Below, one piece after another: positions 27,178-37,088 of a stretch of 64,000 nucleotides of DNA. The translations under genes and the position numbers were made by a program. How positions within the stretch are numbered: the stretch's first letter is position 1; the number at the start of each line of letters is the position of its first letter. The DNA lies in NCBI GenBank assembly GCA_017464085.1, contig JAFUEE010000105.1:7214-71213 (forward strand). The letters run 5' to 3'. Below the pieces are notes generated by a model. The model made no database searches and was not told where the DNA came from. It was given only the letters and a program-made list of their open reading frames with translations. The stretch is from Pseudomonadota bacterium. GTDB lineage: Bacteria > Myxococcota_A > Bradymonadia > UBA4248.

Positions 27178-30100
27178 ATGAATAAGAAACTCGCATTTAT
27201 GCTTGCTGCGCTGGCCATGGCGCCAGCGACTGCGCATGCGCAGGATATCAAGCCGATTTTCTCGGAGACGATGGCCGGCAAGATGGTCGTGACCGGCAAC
27301 ACGCTCGGCCTGAGCGGCCCGTCGTCGAACTGTCAGGGGACAACGGACGGCATCGGGACATTTATCTCGATGGATCCGAACTCGCGCGATCTCAGCCCGG
27401 CCTGCACGAGCGGCACGGCCTGGGGGCTTGGCACGACGAGCGAATGGCTGAGCAACGGCTCGGAAGCGGTGCTCGACCTGCCGAAAGATGCGGTCGTCAA
27501 GCGCGCGGAGCTGATCTGGGCTGCGAACTATCAGTACAATGCGAATGATGTGAGCGCCTATTACAAGACGCGCGCCGTGAAGCTTGTCGCGCTCGACAAG
27601 AACAACAAGACCATGAGCGTCTCCCCGGCTGACTCGAAGAAAGTCGATTATTCGGACTGGGCGCATTATTATGTCAATCATGCGGACGTGACCTCGTTCA
27701 TCAACAGCAATGGCGGCGGGCGTTATGCGGTGGGCGGCGTGCCCGCGCTCCAGATCGGCTATAACTCGATCGGCGCCGGCTGGACGCTTGCCGTCGTGTA
27801 TGAGTCGGACGACACGACGATGCGCAACATCACGCTTTATGTCGGCGACCGCTTCGTGCCTGAAGAAGCGACGATGGATTACAGCGTGACAGGCTTCTGC
27901 GCGCCTGATTCCGGCACCGTGAAAGGCAATATGTTCGTGAGCGCGCTTGAAGGCGATGCGCGTTCGGACAGCAATTATATCGGCGACTCGTTCCTGGTCG
28001 GCAGTAATGCGGGCGACCTCAAGACCGTGAGCGGCCCGAATAACGCGCCCAACAACTTCTTCGCATCGCAGATCAACGGCTCGGACGGCACGCTCGATAT
28101 CCGCGGCTCTTTCGGCACATCCAACCATTATGTGAACCCGAGCAGCGGCGTCGCGACGTTGCGCGCCGGCGCACGCCAGGGCTGGGATATCACGACGCTC
28201 CCGCTCAGCGGGGAGATCACGCACGGGATGTCCAGAGCCCTGCTCCGCGTCAATTCAAAGAAAGACTCGCTCGTCCCGACGCTCGTCGGCTTCGAGATCA
28301 ACGTCAACGCGCCGAACTTCAACGGCAGCACGATCTCGCTCTCGAACGGCATGCCCCTGCCCGGGCAGAGCTTCAAGGCCAACCTCAACCTTACGAACAA
28401 GGACGGCTCGGCGGATGCCGTCAATACAACCGCGACGTTCTATCTGTCCAATGAGATCGAGGTCCGGTCGAACGGCATCTATTGTCAGGCGGATGCCAAT
28501 TACGATTATCTGAAGAAATGCACGGTCTCGATCGGCAAGATCGCTTATGGCGACAGCCGCAAGCAGTCGATCGACCTCTATCTGCCCGAAGATGCCGTCA
28601 ATGCGTCGAATCACGGCTATTTCCTGATTTATGCCGATATCGATTATGATTATTCGAGCTGCTCCGGCGGGGAAGTCCTTTCCGGCGGTTTTATCAGCGA
28701 TGCCGGCATGCGCTGGGACTGGGCTTATCCCGACATCTCGACGGCGATCAGCAAGGAAGATCTCGGCGACGGGCGCACCGAATATACGGTCACGATCACG
28801 AATAACGGCAAGGGCGATGCCGAAGGCCTGACGTTCGACCTCGACTTCGACACCTCGAAGGTGAATTACGTCCCCGGCAGCCTGAAGATTGACGGCCAGA
28901 ACCAGAACGACAATTCCGGCAACTCCAAGTTCTTCAATGAAGCGAAGATTAACGGCGGCCTGCTCGAATCCGGCGACAATCTTGTCATCACGTTCGTACT
29001 CGAGACTGTCGTCACGCCTTCGAACGTCAATGACGAGATCGTCATCAATGTCTCCGCGACGGCAGATCCGGACGGAAGCACGAGCCCGCTTCCCGGCTCG
29101 ACGGCGTCGATCAGCACGAGCGTCGGCTCCTGCGGCAACAGGAGAGTCGATCAGGGCGAAGGCTGCGACGACGGCAACCTCGCGAATGGCGACGGCTGCG
29201 ATGCGCACTGCCAGGTCGAGTCCGGCTGGGCATGCGTCGAGGTCGACTCGAATAACAACAGAATCTGCGCCGATCTCCAGGGCAACAAGCAGAACTGCAT
29301 CACGATTCCCGAATACCATGGCTGCGGGGAGGATCGCGACGGCGACACGATTCCCGATGATCTTGAGCCCCAGATCTGCATCACGAATAACAACTGCCTC
29401 GATCCTCGCAATCCCGACACGGATGGCGACGGCCTCAAGGACGGCACCGAGGTCTTTGGCGACAACCCGACGAATCCGCTCGATCCCGATTCCGATGGCG
29501 ACGGCCTCTGCGACGGCTCCAAGACTGTCGGCAACGAATGCAAGTCCGGCGAAGACAAGAACGACAACGGCCGCATCGATCCGGGCGAAACTGACCCGAC
29601 AGACTGGGATACGGACAAGGGCACGGTCGGCGATGGCGTGGAAGTCCTCGACCAGCACACGAATCCGCTCGATCCTTCGGACGATGTCAACAAAGATACG
29701 GACGGCGACACGATTCCCGATGAAGTCGAGATCCAGATCGGCACCGATCCTCAGAAATGGGATACGGACGGCGACGGCCTCTGCGACGGTTCTGTCGCGA
29801 TCAAGGACTGCGTGGGCGGGGAGACCGAGCACGGCACGGATCCGCTCAATGGCGATACGGATGGCGACGGCATCCTCGACGGCACCGAAGTTGCCGGCGA
29901 AAATCCGACCAAGCCGCTCAATCCCGATACGGACGGCGATGGCCTCTGCGACGGTTCCAACACGGTCCAGGGCGTCTGCATCGCTGGCGAAGACAAGAAT
30001 AACAACGGCGCGCTCGATCCTGGGGAGACTGACCCGAACGAGCGCGACACGGATCACGGCGGCGTAGACGACGGCACCGAGGTCAAACGCGGCACGGATC

Positions 30101-30747
30101 CGCTCGATCCGAGTGACGACTATGCGCGCGATACCGACGGCGATACGATTCCCGATGATACCGAGAACAAGAACGGCACGGATCCCAACAAGATCGACTC
30201 CGATGGCGACGGCCTCTGCGACGGCTCGGTCACGATTCCGCCGTGCGTGGGCAACGAAAATCAGTACGGCACGGATCCCCACAATCCCGATACGGATGGC
30301 GACGGCATCAGTGACGGCACCGAAGTGTCCGGCCAGAACCCGACCAACCCGACCAATCCCGACACGGATGGCGACGGCCTCTGCGACGGCGCCAATACTG
30401 TGGCTGACCACTGCATCGCCGGGGAGGACAAGAACAACAATGGCCGCGTCGATGAGGGCGAAACCGACCCGAACAAAGCCGATACGGACGGCGGCGGCAT
30501 GTGGGACGGCGCTGAGGTCATGCAGGGCAAAGATCCTCTGCGCGCCTGCGATGATACGGGCGTCTGCGAAGGCGATGACAACGGCAATGGCGGCCATCGC
30601 GGTGCCAACGAATATGCGGACGACGACTGCGCCTGCCAGTCGGTCATGTCACAGAAACGCTCGCACTTCCCGGCTCTTGCTTCGCTCTTTGCGATGATCG
30701 GCGCCGCGTTCCTCGGCCTGCGCCGCAGACGCGACGACCGCGGTTAA
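27178..30747 (+). CDS. Large secreted protein: N-terminal beta-rich domain, Myxococcus cysteine-rich repeat, ~23 thrombospondin type-3 repeats, MYXO-CTERM-like tail
   Basis: ATG at 27178 after GAGGA (the track ORF starts at an upstream TTG). CGNRRVDQGEGCDDGNLANGDGCDAHCQVE matches the TIGR02232-type repeat. Many D.DGDG(L/I)(C/K/S)DG.E loops. The C-terminus has a Cys pair, a hydrophobic helix and RRRRDDRG, which is MYXO-CTERM-like. Confidence 0.75.
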   Translation: MNKKLAFMLAALAMAPATAHAQDIKPIFSETMAGKMVVTGNTLGLSGPSSNCQGTTDGIGTFISMDPNSRDLSPACTSGTAWGLGTTSEWLSNGSEAVLDLPKDAVVKRAELIWAANYQYNANDVSAYYKTRAVKLVALDKNNKTMSVSPADSKKVDYSDWAHYYVNHADVTSFINSNGGGRYAVGGVPALQIGYNSIGAGWTLAVVYESDDTTMRNITLYVGDRFVPEEATMDYSVTGFCAPDSGTVKGNMFVSALEGDARSDSNYIGDSFLVGSNAGDLKTVSGPNNAPNNFFASQINGSDGTLDIRGSFGTSNHYVNPSSGVATLRAGARQGWDITTLPLSGEITHGMSRALLRVNSKKDSLVPTLVGFEINVNAPNFNGSTISLSNGMPLPGQSFKANLNLTNKDGSADAVNTTATFYLSNEIEVRSNGIYCQADANYDYLKKCTVSIGKIAYGDSRKQSIDLYLPEDAVNASNHGYFLIYADIDYDYSSCSGGEVLSGGFISDAGMRWDWAYPDISTAISKEDLGDGRTEYTVTITNNGKGDAEGLTFDLDFDTSKVNYVPGSLKIDGQNQNDNSGNSKFFNEAKINGGLLESGDNLVITFVLETVVTPSNVNDEIVINVSATADPDGSTSPLPGSTASISTSVGSCGNRRVDQGEGCDDGNLANGDGCDAHCQVESGWACVEVDSNNNRICADLQGNKQNCITIPEYHGCGEDRDGDTIPDDLEPQICITNNNCLDPRNPDTDGDGLKDGTEVFGDNPTNPLDPDSDGDGLCDGSKTVGNECKSGEDKNDNGRIDPGETDPTDWDTDKGTVGDGVEVLDQHTNPLDPSDDVNKDTDGDTIPDEVEIQIGTDPQKWDTDGDGLCDGSVAIKDCVGGETEHGTDPLNGDTDGDGILDGTEVAGENPTKPLNPDTDGDGLCDGSNTVQGVCIAGEDKNNNGALDPGETDPNERDTDHGGVDDGTEVKRGTDPLDPSDDYARDTDGDTIPDDTENKNGTDPNKIDSDGDGLCDGSVTIPPCVGNENQYGTDPHNPDTDGDGISDGTEVSGQNPTNPTNPDTDGDGLCDGANTVADHCIAGEDKNNNGRVDEGETDPNKADTDGGGMWDGAEVMQGKDPLRACDDTGVCEGDDNGNGGHRGANEYADDDCACQSVMSQKRSHFPALASLFAMIGAAFLGLRRRRDDRG

Positions 30748-30798
30748 TTGCTTCTTCCGGATGCCGGGCTTTGCGCTTCGCGCATGCGCCCGGCCTGA

Positions 30799-30837
30799 AC
30801 GCCGCTATGGCCTCTGGCCATACGCGGCGTTTTTTTA
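30799..30837 (+). terminator. Rho-independent terminator
   Basis: cgccgctatggcc-tct-ggccatacgcggcg followed by ttttttt, seen directly. Confidence 0.75.
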
Positions 30838-30934
30838 TTCCTGTGCCTATAGGGATTGCGGAAACTGCTGATTTTGTCTAATATAAGCGACCGGTTATGT
30901 TCGAAAATCTTTGGTAATATTGGCATCGGAGGAA

Positions 30935-33900
30935 ATGATGAAAAAGCCGGTCTTTATTTTTCCGCTTCTTTTGGCCTGGGCTTCTGGATGTGCGCTGGAT
31001 ACGGTGAATCGTCCGGAGCTCCTCATCAGTCCGATCGATGACGAGGACCCTTCGGGGCTGTCTGCTGTCTTGCTGGAAGACGATGTCGCGCATGAACGGA
31101 GTTTCAGCTTTTCATTGTATCTGACCAGAAAGCCGTCCTCGGACGTGACGGTTCGCATATCTTCAGATATATCCGGCGAAGTCTCCATCCTGGACGAAGT
31201 GCGCGTGTTTACGCCTGAAAATTACGATATGATTCAGAGCGTGCGCGTCGCAGGCATGATGGACAGCCGTGTGGATGGGGACTGCTCGGTCAGGATCTTG
31301 TTTGATATGAGCTCTGAGGATGCCGTATACGATGGCAGGCGTCTGGAACGAAAAGTGTCGGTCACGGATATTGATAAGGTCGGCATCGAGCTGAGCCATG
31401 ACAGCCTTGAGACAGATGAAAATGGCAAGTCCGTGAATGTTCGCGCGCGCCTGGCCTCTATCCCGTATGCAAGCGTGACCGTGCCGCTGATGCTGAGTGA
31501 TCCGGATGAGGCGGTTCTGTCAGTGGAGCGCCTCGTCATTGAGCCTGAAGCATGGCAGGCTGAGCAGATTGTCACGATCAAGGGCTTGCCGGACAATCGG
31601 AAGGACGGGAATAAGAAGTATCTGCTGGAATTTGGCGCGGCGGAGTCTGAGGATGAGCATTATAGCGGCTTTCAGCTTGATGCTCTGGAATTGACGAATA
31701 TGGATGTGAATCGCGCTGGTGTCGAGGTGACCGCTGAACACTCGCTGGCGACGACAGAGGCGGGCGGGAGCGCCAGCGTGGAAGTGAGCCTTGCATCAGA
31801 GCCGTCTTCGGATGTCACGATGCTCGTGAGCGTCAGCGATGATACAGAGGCGGAGGTGTCTCCCACGGAGATCGTGTTTACGCCGGATAACTGGTATGAG
31901 CGGCAGAAAATCACAGTGACTGGGCGTGATGACAGCGAATCCGACGGCGATCAGTCATTTATGCTCGTGTTCTCCCCGCTGGCATCCCTGGATTTGAATT
32001 ATGGCGGCATCGTGCCGGATCCAATTGAGATGAAGAATATCGACAATGATAAGGCTGGCATTGATATCAGACCTGTGCCGCTGAGCTGCGAGGAAGGCGC
32101 GATGCTCAGGGTCAGCGCGCAGCTTAGGACAATGCCCCAGAATCCCGTCACGCTACGGCCGGTGATTACGGATAGCGATGGCCGAGAGACGGATGAGGCC
32201 TCCATTGCCGGCGATGCTGTCGAGCTTTCCTATGCCCAGGCGGATTATAATCAGCCTCAGGAATTTGATATTCAATGCTTGACCGATGATGTCGTGGATG
32301 GCGATCAGGTCTGGCGTCTGAGCTTCGCTGTCACTTCGGATGGGGCCGATTATAGTGATCCAGACCAGAATTTCTCGGTTGAGGGCAGGACGGTGGATGT
32401 GGATAAAGGCGGATTTGAGGTGCAGTGCGACAGGTACGATATCCAGGAAGGGGAGGAGATATCTTGTCAGGTCGTGCTGAACTCGAAGCCGCAGAACGCT
32501 GTCACGATTCATGTCGAATCATCAGACCAGGAATATGGCGTTCAGGTCAGCGGGGCTCCGGGCATCGTCTTTGAGGCGAATGATCCGGAATGGAATAGCG
32601 GGAAAACGTTTTCATTTATCGGCTCGACAGATGATGTCGTGGATGGCACAAAGAACGTCAGGCTGTCATTTACAAGCGATTCAGAAGACAGCAATTTCTT
32701 AATCGATTCCGAGAATGGCAGAGTGATTGATGTGACTGTGACGGATATCAATGATAATAAAATCGTGATCATGGATGGTTATGATCTGGTTTTGAATGAG
32801 AAAGATATAAGTTTGCATGAGATCAGGCTCAAGCTGCTTGGAAAGCCGGATAAAGATGTGTTTGTGAAGGCAGTTCTTTCGGGGAATGATATAAAAATGT
32901 CAGAACAGATCATGACAATTCATCCGGAAGACTGGAATAAGGAGACTGTGTTTAAATATTCAACAGTAGATAATAGCGTCGCAGATAATGATAGAACGGC
33001 TACGATTGTGTTCGAGACATTATCAAATGACCCGAAATTTAATAATTTAACAGCTAAAAGTGAATTGATTTCAATTATAGATGATGAGACCTCAAATTTG
33101 AAGATGACGGTAAAGAGCTCTATATATAAGGTATCGTGTAAATACAATAACGGGGGAAACAGTAACGGTCCGGTTGGTGAATTGAAGCTCACGCTGAACG
33201 CGCAGCCTAAGAAGGATGTTAAATTTGTGCTGACGCTTCGCGATAAAGATGGCAATGTGCTCACAAAAAATAAAGATGATGTTTCGCTTGGCGATGCAGG
33301 TCGGGCCGTGTTTACGACCAAAAACTGGAACACAGGCATTTCTGTATCAATTTATGCGCCCAATGAATTGTCTAAGCCTGATAAGGCATATTATGAAAAT
33401 GTATATGTGACGGCAGATGTGCTGGATGCCTCAGGCACGGGGTATGAAAATTTTAAATTTGGAAACAGCCAGAGAGTATTTGCATTGCAGGCATTCTGCG
33501 ATCCCAAAGGCTTTGTGTATCAAGGCAAAGCCTCTGAAGTCAGTCTGCCGCGCGGTTATTATGAAATGGAAGTGAAAGGGGCAGGCGGCGGTTCGTACGA
33601 TACGGGGGGGAGCAGCTATTATTCGTATGGCGGCGTCGGCGCGCGGGCGCATGCGGTGTTTGCGCTCAAGCTGGCGCAGAAAGTCTATGTGACTGTCGGC
33701 GGAAAGGGCAGCACGTGTTATAATGGGCGAAGCGGCGGCGGCTATAATGGCGGCTCGTGCGGCAGCTGCGGCCTGACGTTCTGGGGGTATGGCGGCGGCG
33801 GCGCAACCGATATCCGCATCGGGGCGAACAGTTATGCCAGCCGCGTGATCGTGGGCGGCGGCGGCGGCGGCGGCCTTTATATCGATCTGGCAAAATACAA

Positions 33901-34288
33901 GAATACTTCAGGCGCGGGAGCTGGCGGGCAGTATTCTGGAGGCAGCGGCAGGAAAGGCACGGATGCGCACAGCGCGACTTCTGGCGGCAGCCTTAACAGC
34001 TGCAATAATGGCAAGGGCGGATGTGGCTTTGGGGAGCCGTCTGCCAAGGCGGATGGCGTCCGGAGAGGCGGCGGCGGCGGCGGCTGGTTTTCAGGGCTTG
34101 CAGGACAGGATACGAATGTCTCCGGCGCGGGAGGATCCAGCTATATCCATGGCTATACGACCTCGAGCAGCAGGTGTCAGCTCAAGGATACGGTGATCAA
34201 GTATTATACCAACGGAAACTATGGAATCGGGGCCGCGAGGGATACTGACGGTTCCGCGAGCATCAAGGTGTATCCGAAAGAGATATAA
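30935..34288 (+). CDS. Giant lipoprotein with ~8 tandem ~110-aa beta-sandwich repeat domains and Gly-rich C-terminal domain
   Basis: Lipobox WASGC. Repeats share ..V.F.P.NW...Q.I.V.G.DD...DGD... signatures (Calx-beta/cadherin-like). C-terminal ~350 aa is Gly/Ser/Tyr-rich with GGGGGGG runs. The internal segment ~32700-33500 is markedly AT-richer. Confidence 0.65.
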   Translation: MMKKPVFIFPLLLAWASGCALDTVNRPELLISPIDDEDPSGLSAVLLEDDVAHERSFSFSLYLTRKPSSDVTVRISSDISGEVSILDEVRVFTPENYDMIQSVRVAGMMDSRVDGDCSVRILFDMSSEDAVYDGRRLERKVSVTDIDKVGIELSHDSLETDENGKSVNVRARLASIPYASVTVPLMLSDPDEAVLSVERLVIEPEAWQAEQIVTIKGLPDNRKDGNKKYLLEFGAAESEDEHYSGFQLDALELTNMDVNRAGVEVTAEHSLATTEAGGSASVEVSLASEPSSDVTMLVSVSDDTEAEVSPTEIVFTPDNWYERQKITVTGRDDSESDGDQSFMLVFSPLASLDLNYGGIVPDPIEMKNIDNDKAGIDIRPVPLSCEEGAMLRVSAQLRTMPQNPVTLRPVITDSDGRETDEASIAGDAVELSYAQADYNQPQEFDIQCLTDDVVDGDQVWRLSFAVTSDGADYSDPDQNFSVEGRTVDVDKGGFEVQCDRYDIQEGEEISCQVVLNSKPQNAVTIHVESSDQEYGVQVSGAPGIVFEANDPEWNSGKTFSFIGSTDDVVDGTKNVRLSFTSDSEDSNFLIDSENGRVIDVTVTDINDNKIVIMDGYDLVLNEKDISLHEIRLKLLGKPDKDVFVKAVLSGNDIKMSEQIMTIHPEDWNKETVFKYSTVDNSVADNDRTATIVFETLSNDPKFNNLTAKSELISIIDDETSNLKMTVKSSIYKVSCKYNNGGNSNGPVGELKLTLNAQPKKDVKFVLTLRDKDGNVLTKNKDDVSLGDAGRAVFTTKNWNTGISVSIYAPNELSKPDKAYYENVYVTADVLDASGTGYENFKFGNSQRVFALQAFCDPKGFVYQGKASEVSLPRGYYEMEVKGAGGGSYDTGGSSYYSYGGVGARAHAVFALKLAQKVYVTVGGKGSTCYNGRSGGGYNGGSCGSCGLTFWGYGGGGATDIRIGANSYASRVIVGGGGGGGLYIDLAKYKNTSGAGAGGQYSGGSGRKGTDAHSATSGGSLNSCNNGKGGCGFGEPSAKADGVRRGGGGGGWFSGLAGQDTNVSGAGGSSYIHGYTTSSSRCQLKDTVIKYYTNGNYGIGAARDTDGSASIKVYPKEI

Positions 34289-34545
34289 CGACGGGCGTAT
34301 CGCCGAAAGGCGATAGCACGGCGCTGGCGGCGCGTATCGGCCGAAAGGGCGATAGCGCCGCGCTCGAAATGAAATATATATATGTATTAAAATGTAAAAT
34401 TCTGTGTTGTTTTGAAATAAATGATAATATTTAAACGCTTTAAAAAATTATTTTTTTATAAGTGCCCCGACATTTTGCATCTTGCGCGATTTGGGAATAA
34501 CAAGCAAAAATAAGGATGTCTGCAGAAGTGCCGGCGTCTTAGGTA

Positions 34546-35679
34546 TTGTTCCATGGTCCATTTCATTCGGATAGTTTACCACAGATGACAGTCAGCAAAA
34601 TTGTGCGTCTTCCGGCGCATGTCAAAAGCGCTTATGAAGCGATCAGCGCGCCATTTGATTCGTGTTTTGTGCCCAGGGGGTTCCTTTTTCCGGAGTCCCG
34701 TGAGGATCTTGCGCCGTATCGGGAGTTTCCGCTTTCGGAGCCGTTTTATATCTCCCCGCAGAAGCCTTCGGATCAGTCGGTGGACGACATCTTCAAGGTC
34801 AGAACGGATGAGTCGGAGGATGATTCGGACTCGAACTGTTTTGACTCGACGATCTTGCATATCAGCGAGCTCGACGAGCTTCTGCTTGACGTGCAGGCGA
34901 TGGGGATGCAGTACACGATGCATACGCAGATGAGCCTTCGCCGTGACCTGACGTATGATTTTCCGAAGACCTGGGACAAGACGCAGGCGCTTCTGACGGA
35001 TATTCCCGTGTTTTCGGAAGAGCTCTGCCAGTGGCATTACCCGATTTCGACGATGGGGTACAACATCGCGAACACGGATCCGCCGATCGACATCGACACG
35101 TCGCACAATTACCCGAAGCTGTTCGGGTATCTGCCGAACGGCGATATTGCGGTGTACTGGGAGATTGCGGAGATTTTGGTCCGCGAGTTCGGCATCGAGG
35201 TGGACACGATGCTCGCGCGTGTGGACGGGACGCTGATCCTGATGCCCGGTGCTGCGGAGCAGATCAAGGAGATGGCGCCGTGCGACTGCGTGGTGGACAC
35301 GGGGATCGCGGTCGATCCCGGGGATGATGCAGAGCCCGCGATTGCGTTTGCTCGCCAGTGGCTCCAGAAAGAACCGGTCGTGCTCAGGCATGCGACATAT
35401 CCATTTTACAGGCTGATTCTTCCGGTGATACACTGCGAGCTTGACTTCAACCCATACGCCGAGGCAACCTGGGGGGCGTTCGGCTATTCTTCGCCAAGGC
35501 TTTCGGGTTATGAGTTCAAGATTGTCAACAACCCGTTCACGCGCGACGTGCCGATTTTCGCGACGGAGCGCGGCAATGTGGTCGTGTCGCTGAAATTCTA
35601 TGAGCGGCTGAGCGCGCTCTTGAGGCAGTTCGGCATGCCGTTCGATGCGCAGCTGTTCCCCATCCAGCGCATTCCGTGA
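34546..35679 (+). CDS. Hypothetical cytoplasmic protein (first gene of 4-gene operon)
   Basis: 377 aa with no signal peptide and no recognisable motif. Stop overlaps the start of the next gene. An AT-rich (~80% AT) promoter-like tract at 34370-34470 lies upstream. Confidence 0.5.
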   Translation: MFHGPFHSDSLPQMTVSKIVRLPAHVKSAYEAISAPFDSCFVPRGFLFPESREDLAPYREFPLSEPFYISPQKPSDQSVDDIFKVRTDESEDDSDSNCFDSTILHISELDELLLDVQAMGMQYTMHTQMSLRRDLTYDFPKTWDKTQALLTDIPVFSEELCQWHYPISTMGYNIANTDPPIDIDTSHNYPKLFGYLPNGDIAVYWEIAEILVREFGIEVDTMLARVDGTLILMPGAAEQIKEMAPCDCVVDTGIAVDPGDDAEPAIAFARQWLQKEPVVLRHATYPFYRLILPVIHCELDFNPYAEATWGAFGYSSPRLSGYEFKIVNNPFTRDVPIFATERGNVVVSLKFYERLSALLRQFGMPFDAQLFPIQRIP

Positions 35680-35747
35680 CGGGGAGCCGTGTTTCAGTGC
35701 GGCGCGCACGGGGGGCGCCTGAAGACAACAAAAATTCGGAGAGATAC

Positions 35748-37088
35748 ATGTACAGATGCTTAGCAGCCGCACTGATGTTGGTCGCGGGCTTGATGTCCGG
35801 GTGCGGCAATAGCCAGGAAAGTGGCGCGTCACAGAAAGCAGATGCGAAGCCGGAGGCGCAGCAGAAGGCCGAGGTTTTGGCGCAGAAGCCTGAAGAACAG
35901 AAGGCAGCCGATGATGCGCGGAAAGACGAAAAATCTGCCCAGAACGAAGGCGAGGCGCCCGATGAGGCGGCGGAAGCATTTAAGGATGCAGTCCGCGAAG
36001 GCGTTGAGGCTGGCGTGAATGATGTGCTCAATGGCGTGGCGGCGCCTGTCGTGGCCGTGAAGTCGCTTGAGCTCGACGAGAGCGTCGTGAAGGATATCGC
36101 GCGCGTCGGTGTCGCGGAAAAGGCCGATGACCCGAACGTCAATGCGCACCGGATCGATTCGCTCGACTCGCTGAGCGATGCTCAGGCAAAGCTGCTGGAT
36201 TCGATCACCTGGGATGTCGATCCCGAGGTGCTGAATGCCGTGCTCCAGGAAAATGAAGGGCAGCACTTCATGTACAGCGACGAGCTTCACCCGGAGCTTT
36301 TCTACGACACGATCAAGGATATGGGCGGGACGTATATCGGCATCGGCTCTGACCAGGGGTATCTGTTCACGGGGTGGCAGCATCCGACGCTTGCTTTCCT
36401 CGTCGACTACGATCCGTGGATTGTCGTCCAGCACAAGGTATATATGGCATTCTGGCGGTCATGCGAGGACAGCGCGTGCCTTCTGCGCCTGTTTGACGAC
36501 CGCGAAGCCGGGCTGGCGTTCCTGACCGGCGAAGCCGGCATCGCAGCCGGCCTCAGCGACAAGGACACGCAGAAAATCTATCGCGCCGGCCGCATGAGCG
36601 TGGCGAAACGCCTTCGGGCGATACGGAAAATGCCGCAGCCGACGTTCATGAATGACCCGGAGATGTTCGGCTATATCAAAAATCTGATCGAAACCGGACG
36701 CCTGCGCACTTTTCAGGCAAATCTTTTGGGCGATCTTGCGTTTAAATCTGTTGCGGACACGCTCAATGCCTTGGGCGCGAAAGTGACGACGCTGTATCTG
36801 TCGAATGCGGAGCAGTACTGGCCATATTCGAAGCAGTTCAAGGCAAACATGCTCGGTCTTCCGGCGGCGGAGAATGCGCTGATCATGCGGACGAGCGCCT
36901 CGAAGCCGATCAACGAGGATTATCGGTACAGCGTTCAGCCGATGCACGTGTTCAAATCCTGGCTGGAGCATCCCAAGGGCAATAACGTGCGCGCGGTCAC
37001 GAAGCGCGTCCGCGTCAAGGATGCGGAGGATTTCCCGTTTACAGTCGATGACGTGATGCCGCCTGCTGGGGAGGAGGATAAGAAATGA
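35748..37088 (+). CDS. Lipoprotein with charged low-complexity N-terminus and alpha/beta C-terminal domain (hypothetical; weak SAM-MTase-like G-x-G-x-x-x-G)
   Basis: Lipobox LMSGC after GGAGAG. KPEAQQKAEVLAQKPEEQKAADD linker. YIGIGSDQG...AFLVDYD is only weakly methyltransferase-like, so treat as unknown. Confidence 0.5.
   Translation: MYRCLAAALMLVAGLMSGCGNSQESGASQKADAKPEAQQKAEVLAQKPEEQKAADDARKDEKSAQNEGEAPDEAAEAFKDAVREGVEAGVNDVLNGVAAPVVAVKSLELDESVVKDIARVGVAEKADDPNVNAHRIDSLDSLSDAQAKLLDSITWDVDPEVLNAVLQENEGQHFMYSDELHPELFYDTIKDMGGTYIGIGSDQGYLFTGWQHPTLAFLVDYDPWIVVQHKVYMAFWRSCEDSACLLRLFDDREAGLAFLTGEAGIAAGLSDKDTQKIYRAGRMSVAKRLRAIRKMPQPTFMNDPEMFGYIKNLIETGRLRTFQANLLGDLAFKSVADTLNALGAKVTTLYLSNAEQYWPYSKQFKANMLGLPAAENALIMRTSASKPINEDYRYSVQPMHVFKSWLEHPKGNNVRAVTKRVRVKDAEDFPFTVDDVMPPAGEEDKK

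Noticed and set aside
28255-30597. 780-aa minus-strand ORF and the 392-aa/194-aa plus-strand off-frame ORFs within the TSP3-repeat gene
   Set aside because: Artefacts of the repetitive GC-rich TSP3-coding DNA. The in-frame product has a signal peptide, TIGR02232 repeat, TSP3 loops and a MYXO-CTERM-like tail.
34576-35979. 467-aa minus-strand ORF spanning genes 1-2 of the 34546 operon
   Set aside because: It crosses an intergenic junction antisense and has an extremely Arg-rich composition (GC artefact).
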